From assembly GCA_951406725.2 (NCBI GenBank), contig OX597818.1, forward strand, positions 136,090,001-136,154,000: a DNA stretch of 64,000 nt, read 5' to 3'. Origin of the DNA: Octopus vulgaris. Taxonomy: Eukaryota. Position numbers and translations under genes: made by a program. The notes below the pieces were generated by a model that had not been told where the DNA came from, searched no databases, and saw nothing but the letters and a program-made list of their open reading frames with translations. Below are positions 53,741-64,000 of the stretch, piece after piece. The first letter of the stretch is position 1, and the number at the start of each line of letters is the position of its first letter.

Positions 53741-54237
53741 AACGTAAAGTGTACTAACCATCCGAATGTGGCTAGCCACTGGGGGTGGGTGTTACTGAAG
53801 CTTATAGCCCCAGGAGATCATCGTCTCCAGCTGGCTTTAAACACACTTTCTGTGCCCTTCTGATATTCGCAAAGAGAGGTCATCCCCTCTCGAAAACCTA
53901 AGTGATACATACGGACTATAGTTTCGAGGTATTTGCCTCTCGTCAACGTATGGTAATCACCGATTTTCGATTGGAGTGACCTGTTGACGAGTGGCAAATA
54001 CCTCGAAACTATAGTCCGTATGTATCACTTAGGTTTTCGAGAGGGGATGGCCTCCCTTTGCGAATATCAGAAGGGCACAGAAAGTGTGTTTAAAGCCAGC
54101 TGGAGACGATGATCCCCTGGGGCTATAAGCTTCAGTAACACTCACCCCCAGTGGCTAGCCACATTCAGATGGCTAGTACACTTTACGTTGTCGAGCAGTT
54201 ACTGTTTACATCTCGTTCGGAGATTTATTAATGCTTT
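53741..54237. mobile_element. Palindromic Penelope-like element (207-bp arms, 35-bp loop, short tail) in (TA)n
   Basis: Arms 53741-53947 and 53983-54189 with 7 mismatches by hand comparison. Confidence 0.88.
53902..53960 (-). ncRNA. Type-I hammerhead ribozyme (C3U core variant)
   Basis: gtgattac-catacg-TTGACGA-gagg-caaata-cctc-GAAAC-tata-GTC-cgtatg-tatcac; all three stems pair. Confidence 0.78.
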
Positions 54238-54973
54238 ATATATATATATATATATATATATACATACACTCATAAATGTATGTATATGTGTGCATGTATG
54301 TGTGATTAGTTTCTGTATGCATATGTCTATCTGTACGAAAGTTCGCGTGAGACTGCATTAATGTATATGTATGTCTCTCCTAAGAGCCCGTAAACTGTTA
54401 ACCTGTAAGTGTTATATGAACAGAATGGGATTACAAAGACATCAGTATTTTTTTTCTCTTCTCATTATAGTTGAACATCTTATTTCCTGTGCCAAACTGA
54501 CCTTTAAATGTTCGCTCTAGTTCCGTGAAAATATTAATTGGGCTAGACTTAAATATTTAAAATGGAAATAGGTTAGCACGTTTCTTGAATTATAAACTAG
54601 TTTCCTTCAAAAAATAATTCCTTCAGTTTCACTAAAATTTATCTTCTAATATTCCTATATTTTAAAATTTTATTTTTCAAGAAATACGTATTTGGCGACT
54701 TGGCAAATGTTGAAGACCAATATTTTAAAATAGTAATGCTTATTGCCCGAATAATTTTGCAGTATTAAAGGTCAACCACTTAGTATTCTAAAATCATTCG
54801 AGGTGCGGTGAACAGTAATTGTTTCTTACAGCTTGGTTTGCAGGCATGAAGATTAGTACATCATCTTAGCATAAGGTTATTTACTTGTTTTTAACCACCG
54901 ATAAAGGACAAATGGGTAGAATGTCGGTTTAAAAAAAAATACTTTACTAGTCGGGTGGCTAGTGTTCCAGACA

Positions 54974-55354
54974 GTGGAGGCGCAATGGCCCAGTGGTTAG
55001 GGCAGCGGACTCGCGGTCATAGGATCGCGGTTTCGATTCCCAGACCGGGCGTTGTGAGTGTTTATTGAGCGAAAACACCTAAAACCTCCACGAGGCTCCG
55101 GCAGGGGGTGGTGGTGATCCCTGCTGTACTCTTTCATCACAACTTTCTCTCACTCTTACTTCCTGTTGTACCTGTATTTCAAGGGGCCAGCCTTGTCACT
55201 CTCTGTGTCACGCTGAATATCCCCAAGAACTGCGTTAAGGGTACACGCGTCTGTGGAGTGCTCAGCCACTTACACGTTAATTTCACGAGCAGGCTGTTCC
55301 GTTGATTCGGATCAACCGGAACCCTCGTCGTCGTAACCGACGGAGTGCTTCCGC
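54974..55354 (+). mobile_element. SINE family A
   Basis: 13-bp TSD agtgttccagaca. Confidence 0.93.
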
Positions 55355-55449
55355 AGTGTTCCAGACAGTAAAACTGAGGGTAGTAGATTGAATTCTATCG
55401 TGACATGCGTGGTCGATCGATCTGCAAGAAATATTACTATTGTTTTAAT

Positions 55450-55647
55450 TACTCTTTTACTCTTTTACTTGTTTCAGTCATTTGGCTGCGGCCATGCTGG
55501 AGCACCGCCTTTAGTCGAGCAAAATTGACTGCAGGACTTATTCATTGTAAGCCTAGTACTTATTCTATCGGTCTATTTCGCCGAACCGCTAAGTTACGGG
55601 GACGTAAACACACCAGCATCGGTTGTCAAGCGATGTTGGGCGGGGGG

Positions 55648-55696
<49 letters not shown>

Positions 55697-55874
55697 CACA
55701 TATATATGTATATATACGACGGGCTTCTTTCAGTTTCCGTCTACCAAATCCACTCACAAGGCTTTGGTCGGCCCGAGGCTATAGTAGAAGACACTTGCCC
55801 AAGGTGCCACGCAGTGGGACTGAACCCGGAACCATGTGGTTGGTAAGCAAGCTACTTACCATACACCCACTCCT
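55450..55874 (-). mobile_element. SINE family D
   Basis: Full length. Confidence 0.9.
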
Positions 55875-56137
55875 AATTAAGAAAAGATATATTAGATTGT
55901 CCTGTTGTCCTGAAGCATAGCCGTCATTCGCATGCGTGAATGACTTGGTAGCAAGAACAATGTTTTTTGCTATGTAGTCACTTACAAATATAGACCCCTT
56001 CTTGACTCTGCGACACTTGGCCCCATGGAACACCCAGAACGTAACAACTAGCAGGAGAGACGATTGCACTTACACCAGACTGGAACTAATAGTAAATCGA
56101 GTTGACTGGAACACTCTGAAAGGAAATGATTATCGTT

Positions 56138-56370
56138 GAAGGCGGCGAGCTGGCAGAAACGTTAGTACGCTGGGCGAAATGCTTTGTGGTATTTCGTCCG
56201 CCTTTACGTTCTGAGTTCAAATTCCGCCGAGGTCGACTTTGCCTTTCATCCTTTCGGGGTCGATTAAATAAGTACCAGTTACGCACTGGGGTCGATATAA
56301 TCGACTTAATCCGTTTGTCTGTCCTTGTTTGTCCCCTCTGTGTGTAGCCCCTGGTGGGCAATAAAGAAAT
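56138..56370 (+). mobile_element. Young SINE family B
   Basis: 18-bp TSD aaggaaatgat(t/c)atcgtt; AATAAA-type tail. Confidence 0.9.
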
Positions 56371-56389
56371 AAGGAAATGATCATCGTTT

Positions 56390-57110
56390 CAAATTTTGGC
56401 ACTTGCTCAGAAAGTTTGGTGGGAGACAGTCGATCACACCGGCCCCGGTGCTCAATTCATTCTTTATTTCATCGATCCCCGAATGAATGAAAGGCAAAAT
56501 TGACCGCGACGGTATTTGAACTTGGAACGTAAAGTACTTTGTCCGACGTGCTTAACGATTCTACTAGTTCTATGTCGTATGAATGAAAGAATATTCTTTT
56601 CTACTCTAGGCACAAGGCCCGAAGTTTTTTTTGGGGGGAGCCAGTCGATTAGATCGACCCCAATGCTCAACGGGTACTTATTTTATCGATGCCGAAAGGA
56701 TGAAAGGCAAAGTCGACCTCAATGGCATTTAATCTCAGAACGCAGAGATAGACGAAATGCCGTTAAGTATAAATTTTAGACATGTTTACCTTTTACTTTT
56801 TTTCCTTGTTTCAGTCATTAGTCTGCGGTCATTTTACGCCACTGACTTGAAGGGTTTGACTGGGAAAAATCGACCCCTGTACTCATTCATTAAGATACGG
56901 GAATGTTAGCAAGCCAACAGCAGTTGTCAAGTGGTAGGGGAAAACACAAAGACACGCATGTGCACATACGATGGACTTCCATAATGTTTCCTTCTACTAA
57001 ATTCGCTCGCAAAGTTAAGGTTGACGCTGGGTGCTGTGCAATACGATTGAATCCGAAACCACATGGTTGCAAAGCTAGCTTCTTAACCACACGAACATTG
57101 ACCGTGCCTA
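56390..57110 (-). mobile_element. Cluster of old SINEs: two family B and one family D
   Basis: Diverged matches at about 56390-56570, 56600-56770 and 56785-57110. Confidence 0.7.
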
Positions 57111-57206
57111 TAAATTTTTTTTTTTTTAAACTGTGACTTGAAACCGCGCCGCCTCTGTGAAAACTAGGAATCCATCCAAATACTTTAAATGTCTTACATT
57201 GTATTC

Positions 57207-57593
57207 TGGAGGCGCAATGGCCCAGTGGTTAGGGCAGCGGACTCGCGGTCGGAGGATCGCGGTTTCGATTCCCAGATCGGGCGTTGTGAGTGTTTATTGA
57301 GCGAAAACACCTAAAGCTCCACGAGGCTCCGGCAGGGGGTGGTGGTGATCCCTGCTGTACTCTTTCACCACAACTTTCTCTCACTCTTACTTCCTGTTTC
57401 TGTTGTATCTGTATTTCAAGGGGCCGGCCTTGTCACTCTCTGTGTCACGCTGAATATCCCTGAGAACTACGTTAAGGGTACACGTGTCTGTGGAGTGCTC
57501 AGCCACTTACACGTTAATTTCACGAGCAGGCTGTTCCGTTGATTCGGATCAACCGAAACCCTCGTCGTCGTAACCGACAGAGTGCTTCCATCC
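57207..57593 (+). mobile_element. SINE family A
   Basis: Full length. Confidence 0.92.
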
Positions 57594-57913
57594 CATTGTT
57601 AATAACTGACATATAGAATAATGCTATTGCCGTTTCTAGCTTCAATTAAGCAAATATTGTACAGCATCCTTATATTGGTTAATGAGTTCATTCACTGTGG
57701 AGAGACTCCACATGATTCTGAAGTGTGCTGGCTGTCTCCGAGACACCTGATACGTTCTAGATAGAATTAATTAGCTCTCTGAAGATTTTATTTTGTATTA
57801 AAGACTATTCCATTGTAATATGGTTAAATACAGTAAAATATTCACGTCTGTATCAACTCTGCCTTTTCTTTTTATTGCTTCACACCTAACTATTATAAGC
57901 ATTTGTGGAATGT

Positions 57914-58145
57914 GGAAGCACTCCGTCGGTTACGACGATGAGGGTTCCGGTTGATCCGAATCAACGGAACAGCCTGCTCGTGAAATTAACGTGTAAGTGG
58001 ATGAGCACTCCACAGACACGTGCACCCTTAACGTAGGATGAAAAGCAAAATGGACCACGGCTGATTTGAACTCAGAACATAAGGACGGACGAAATGCTGC
58101 TAAGCATTTTGCCCGGCATCCCAACGATTCTGCCAGCTTACCGCG
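57914..58145 (-). mobile_element. SINE A 3' fragment joined to an old SINE B head
   Basis: A-type to about 58035, B-type 58036-58145. Confidence 0.75.
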
Positions 58146-58162
58146 TTAGTTTTTGTATTATA

Positions 58163-58510
58163 TATCATCATCATCATCATTGTTCGACCGTGGTCGAGAC
58201 AATGGAATTTACCATGCTACGCCTAGACTTCACGGTCCATCATGGCATTACGGAGGTCCTGTTGCTGGATGCCTGTATCCCTGGAGATTACATCAGGGTA
58301 GGAGAGTGTGCGCCCTCTGGTATTGCGAGTAGATGGCTTCCAGAGGAGAAGAGCAGAAATTACTTCTTTTTCAGCTCTACAACAATGTCCAGCAAACTGG
58401 ACTCTCCTACCTTTCACAAGAGATGACACAGGTGGTAGTTTCCCATGTATTTGCATTTTGGTTGGATGGCGCTTCCACGAAAGATTTTGAGCTCTCATAA
58501 GGAGGCGAGT
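58163..58510 (-). pseudogene. RTE-clade LINE 3' fragment with (ATG)n tail
   Basis: TRLLMRAQNLSWKRHPTK...RRVQFAGHC...LWKP...AMMDREV; (cat)n on + strand. Confidence 0.85.
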
Positions 58511-58893
58511 GGAAGCACTCCGTCGGTTACGACGACGAGGGTTCCGGTTGATTCGAATCAACGGAACAGCCTGCTCGTGAAATTAACGTGTAAGTGGCTG
58601 AGCACTCCACAGACTCGTGTACCCTTAACGTAGTTCTCGGGGATATTCAACGTGACACAGAGAGTGACAAGGCCGGCCCTTTGAAATACAGATACAACAG
58701 AAACAGGAAGTAAGAGTGAGAGAAAGTTGTGGTGAAAGAGTACAGCAGGGATCACCACCATCCCCTGCCGGAGCCTCGTGGAGCTTTAGGTGTTTTCGCT
58801 CAATAAACACTCACAACGCCCGGTCTGGGAATCGAAACCGCGATCCTATGACCGCGAGTCCGCTGCCCTAACCACTGGGCCATTGCGCCTCCA
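58511..58893 (-). mobile_element. SINE family A inserted in the RTE fragment
   Basis: TSD aggaggcgagt. Confidence 0.93.
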
Positions 58894-59332
58894 AGGAGGC
58901 GAGTATTATATATATGAATGTAATAGTTATAGAAATTAAATGTATAATATACAGTGTAATAATTATATTCGCGTTTATATTATATATTATGCACTTTAAT
59001 CTGTTTTATTATTTGCATGACTCCCTCGATCCGTGGAAAAATTGTCTACTGTGAAATCAGTTTATAAAGCAAATGTTTTTGGAGACTGTTAGTCTATTTC
59101 ACTCCATTAACTTTAAACATATGGCAAGACATTTACCCGATAAATATTACACCACCAAAATGTAAAGAGTGATTTATACACGGCGTTATTTAAGTGCAAA
59201 TGTTATATTTGAGAAATACAGAATATCTTCGAGGAAAAAAAATCGACATTTGACGAAGGTTGTGCATTGTATAAAATGCGTCGATAAACCGTACTAACAC
59301 TGCTTCATTTTATAAGCAGTATCACCACCATT

Positions 59333-59721
59333 GTGGAGGCGCAATGGCCCAGTGGTTAGGGCAGCGGACTCGCGGTCGTAGGATCGCGGTTTCGATTCCC
59401 AGACCAGGCGTTGTGAGTGTTTATTGAGCGAAAACACCTAAAAGCTCCACGAGGCTCCGGCAGGGGATGGTGGTGATCCCTGCTGTACTCTTTCACCACA
59501 ACTTTCTCTCACTCTTACTTCCTGTTTCTGTTGTACCTGTATTTCAAAGGGCCGGCCTTGTCACTCTCTGTGTCACGCTGAATATCCCCGAGAACTACGT
59601 TAAGGGTACACGTGTCTGTGGAGTGCTCAGCCACTTACACGTTAATTTCACGAGCAGGCTGTTCCGTTGATTCGGATCAACCGGAACCCTCGTCGTCGTA
59701 ACCGACGGAGTGCTTCCATCC
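59333..59721 (+). mobile_element. SINE family A
   Basis: TSD atcaccaccat. Confidence 0.93.
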
Positions 59722-60000
59722 ATCACCACCATATATTAAAACATGCGCCAGCTACACCTCGGTTTATAAGATGCATCAACACCACAGCTAAGATGCTCCA
59801 ACAATATAACATCTAACAAAATGTACCAGCAACACTAAATCTTTAAAGCGCAGCAGTAACACCACATTAAATGAAACAAAACCGACATTTTTTTTTATAA
59901 TACGCTACACCTATTAATATTCCATATTTTGTTTCTGCTTCTTACCAACATAGATCGCTAATAGATAGCTTTGTATATGGTTTTACTGTTCCTGTAACTG

Positions 60001-60354
60001 TTTTACTCTTTTACTTGTTTCAGTCATTTGACTGCAGCCATGCTGGAGCACCGCCTTTAGTCGAGGAAATCGACCCCAGGACTTATTCTATCGGTCTCTT
60101 TTGCCGAACCGCTAAGTTACGGGGACGTAAACACACCAGCATCGGTTGTCAAGCGATGTTGGGGGCACAAACACACACACACACACACACACAAATATAT
60201 ATATACATATATACGAGGGGCTTCTCTCAGTTTCCATCTACCAAATCCCATCACAAGGCCTTGGTCGGCCCGAGGCTACAGCAGAAGATACTTACCCAAA
60301 GTGCCACGCAGTGGGACTGAACCTGGAACCATGTGGTTGGTAAGCAAGCTACTT
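60001..60354 (-). mobile_element. SINE family D
   Basis: Small deletions, head slightly truncated. Confidence 0.88.
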
Positions 60355-60441
60355 CAGCACAAACACTTGATTCTCAATTAATACCTCCAAATCCTCTTGC
60401 TCTCATATCTTTCACTGTCATCACTCCCACTACAGCACTTC

Positions 60442-60559
<118 letters not shown>

Positions 60560-60572
60560 TTATCTATCTATA

Positions 60573-60789
60573 CGAGGGGGCGGGGCAGAAAGTTCCTGGC
60601 TTTAAGGGTATTGCGAAAAGCCTGGCTGGAATCCCAACCTTCCGAGTTCTTTTTCAGGGCTTAGAAAAACTGAAGGACCGCTGCAATAAGTGTGTGAATC
60701 TGAGGGAGCAATATGTTGAATAAAATCATAATTAACCGAACCTCCTATATTTTCTTTCACACCAAACCAGGAATTTTCATAATCCTCTC

Positions 60790-60790
<1 letters not shown>
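60573..60790 (+). mobile_element. Mariner-derived MITE
   Basis: TA-cgagggg..aaagttcctggcttt / aaaccaggaatttt..cctctcg-TA; remnant RCNKCVNLREQYVE* resembles a mariner C-terminus. Confidence 0.75.
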
Positions 60791-60840
<50 letters not shown>

Positions 60841-60841
<1 letters not shown>

Positions 60842-61228
60842 TAGCAGTATCGCCAGGTGTTGCTCGGGTTTGTTTCGACCCGCTGGAATTGGGATTTTTG
60901 AAAAGTAAAAATTTTGCATTATGTAGCTTGTTATTCTCTTCAAGTGAACATTTTTCTGGTTGAAATACACCGAAAAGTGGCGACACAGCAGTGAAAAAAT
61001 CGTAAAAAATAGGGATTTTCATAGAAAAAAGCACCTTTTTGATGTAAATAATTTTAGGTGTTAACATGGTTCGATTTGAATTTTATCTTCTACGGAAGGA
61101 AGAGCAACCCTTCTATCATACGCTCAATTTTGGTCAACTTGTACCGCAGGGTCTCGGAGGAGATAGTGTTAGTTGAAGGCTACCAAACCTGGCGCACACA
61201 GACAACTTCAGCTTTATATAGAGAGAGA
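60841..61228 (-). mobile_element. Non-autonomous Helitron with family-C ends and a different interior
   Basis: ctagcagtatcgccaggtgttgctcgggtttgt ... caacttcagctttatatagagaga. Confidence 0.8.
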
Positions 61229-61352
61229 TAACACACACACATTAATACACATACATACACACACACACACACGCACATCTATGTATGTATGGATGTATGT
61301 ATGTATATATGTACATCTGTCCACTTCTTGCCATATTTTTATCCTTCACTTC

Positions 61353-61400
<48 letters not shown>

Positions 61401-61405
61401 ACACA

Positions 61406-61449
<44 letters not shown>

Positions 61450-61810
61450 CACACACTTTCTTAGCTTACAATTTTCTTTCAACAATTGACGCTGTCATAT
61501 ATGTATATGTTTGCGTGTCTATGTGTGTAAAGAGAAAGTGTGGTAATAGGCGGAGTAAAGCCTTTGAAGTGAGAGAGGGAAATCGTAAAATATTGAGTTT
61601 TTTCAAATTTTTGCTTAATTGGGGGTCAACTTGAAAGAAATTTATATGCCATGACCGAATCGAATCTACTTCGAAAAATCATAGGTAAATTCTAATTGAA
61701 GAAATTCTATATTGTAGAATTGTATTAAAAAGTAACATGGGAACAGGCAGAGAAAATCTGCCTTTTATCATAAGAGATATATTATAAGATACATTAAAAG
61801 TCAGCTTGAA

Positions 61811-62732
61811 TCTTGCTTGCTTGCTTGCTTGCTTGCAATGTTACCCAGTCAAAGTGGCGCATAATGGGAAAATACTATGAATTAAGTTCCCCTGAAATGT
61901 TAATACGAACGGAATAAAACAGGTTTCACGTAAATCGGACAAATGGGTTTTGAGATAGAGGTTTTCGGGGTATAAATACTCAAAACGGTGCATAATGGGA
62001 AAATATTCCGAAAATAACTTAATCCTGAAAGGGAAGAAACTCTTACCTTTCGATTAGACACAGTGAATTGACAACGAAGAAATACCATTTGTTTTTTACA
62101 GTAAATGTTTCTATTTTAGCTTTTGTTAAAAACAATATTTTAATCATTTAGAAACATTTTTAAGTGAATGAAATTTCAAAAATGTAAGTTATTTGTACAG
62201 TAAGTATTTATATTTTAGCTTCCTGTAAACAGACAATATTTTTATGTTTTTGAAAATTATTTTCAAGTGAATACCATTACAAAAAATGTTTTTGGCATAG
62301 TTAAAAAAAGTATTTTAAAGTGAAAATGACTTAAAAAATACGGTAGATATTTCGTAAAAGACCCGTTCGTAACCTCGGTGTTAAAAATTTTTTTTCCATA
62401 GATTTTTTTTCGAGTGCATTCAACGTATTTCACCTTCAAAGATTTGGCTGCTATTTCTAGCATGCCATACTACACCGTAACAGCTATTTGCAATAAAGGA
62501 CCCAAAATAGCTGTTACGTGGTAGAGGGGCGTGCAAGAAATAATGGCAAAATCTTTCCTTTTCTGGGGAAAGTAGCCATTCACGTGTGATTTTACATTCG
62601 CGATGTCACATTCCTTGAAAGCATGTGAAATAACATAGAAAAGAAAAACAAATCCACGAAACAAAACTGTTGCTGGAAAACTCAGAGTTTTCCAGTGGTC
62701 CCACGAGTCACGGGTGGTCTAGCCTGGTCTAG
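61811..62732 (+). mobile_element. Possible older Helitron
   Basis: A|TC plus (ttgc)n start; cccacgagtcacggg..CTAG|T end; internal ~100-bp direct repeats; boundaries uncertain. Confidence 0.35.
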
Positions 62733-62808
62733 TATATGTATGTGTGTATGCATGTATGTATATATGTATACATACATACATACATACATACATACATACA
62801 TACATACA

Positions 62809-62862
<54 letters not shown>

Positions 62863-62870
62863 CATATATG

Positions 62871-62931
<61 letters not shown>

Positions 62932-62934
62932 ATA

Positions 62935-62993
<59 letters not shown>

Positions 62994-63079
62994 TGTGGTT
63001 TTTAGAGTCAGATTTTGGCTGCTATTTTCAGCTGGCGGTATCTCGTAGATACCCTGAATTATAATTATATATATATATA

Positions 63080-63131
<52 letters not shown>

Positions 63132-63396
63132 GCAACACCAGTCAACATATTATCCTGCTCAACGAAGGATTTTGCCCTAAACGTTAGATTCCTTTACTTC
63201 CTTAATGCAAAATAATTTATTCCACTTTGTAAACTGTTTGTACCAACATCATTTAACTGACGTCGACTGTCGCTAGTTTCCTGGGAATTCTACTGTTTCA
63301 CATACGTCTCTAATGATGTCTTTCAGCAAACGCCATTAACATTATTACTGTCTGCTGTTTCAATCTCATATTACCCAGAGCACCAATTATCACTTA

Positions 63397-63794
63397 CTAG
63401 CAGTATCGCCCGGCGTTGCTCGGGTTTGTAAGGGAAATAACTATATAAGCATTTTTAGAGAGTTATAGCCAAAAAGTAGCAAAAAATGCATTAAAAATGG
63501 AAAAAAAAAATGATGGTAAATTTTTTTTTAATCTTTGACTCATCGTAGACATTTTTAGAGAGTTACTTCCCTTATATAATAGCGAAAAAATGCATTAAAA
63601 TGGAAAAAAATGATGGTAAATTATTTTTAAAATCGTAGACTCATCGTAGACACGCGCTAATACCCAGAAGGGCTCGATATGAATCACGACTATAAGATAC
63701 CCGGTTTTGGTTAAACTGCACCGCAAAATGTGGGAGTAGTTAGGAATCTAAATCGTAGGAGACAGACACACAACTTCACTTTTATATATAAAGA
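63397..63794 (-). mobile_element. Non-autonomous Helitron, family C
   Basis: TC...hairpin-CTAG. Confidence 0.88.
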
Positions 63795-64000
63795 TGTACA
63801 CAGACAAACAGACAGACGCACACACACAAAGACCGACCGTCAATTGGCAGAATCGTAAATGTCTTGGTCCTATACGCCTGGGGCTAGAATCCTATGATCT
63901 AATGATGTCAGTTTTGCTTGCCATCCCCTCTGGATCTATAAATAACGTACATGTCTCTCGCTGGGGTCAATTTTCTTTTCTTGCGCTATTTCTGTCTGTC

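Noticed and set aside
59467-59670. Recurrent 67-aa ORF MVVIPAVLFHHNF... in many places
   Set aside because: It is the body of SINE A. Recurrence reflects copy identity; it is broken in other copies (1127, 11511, 50915) and has no recognisable domain.

Overview
AT-rich, repeat-saturated eukaryotic DNA with no recognisable host protein-coding exon. It is intronic or intergenic, and the SINE families plus microsatellite load suggest an octopus (inference). Nearly all ORFs in the track are microsatellite or SINE artefacts. The window holds at least four tRNA-derived SINE families (about 35 copies, many with clear TSDs), non-autonomous Helitrons, a decayed Tc1 transposon with nested insertions, hAT, GG-terminal and mariner MITEs, and fragments of CR1, RTE, R4/Dong, Tx1/L1 and Penelope-like elements. 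Most notable: (1) a head-to-tail array of three divergent Tx1/L1-ORF1-type retroelements (7974-12190), two apparently ORF1-only, joined by the same junction motif and sharing a 3' tail with a young SINE; (2) a 207-bp-arm palindrome (53741-54189) whose loop completes a type-I hammerhead ribozyme, plus further minimal hammerheads with core variants in microsatellite-embedded Penelope-like fragments; (3) SINE tail swapping and SINE-LINE tail sharing visible within the window; (4) local inverted duplications. All alignments were done by eye.
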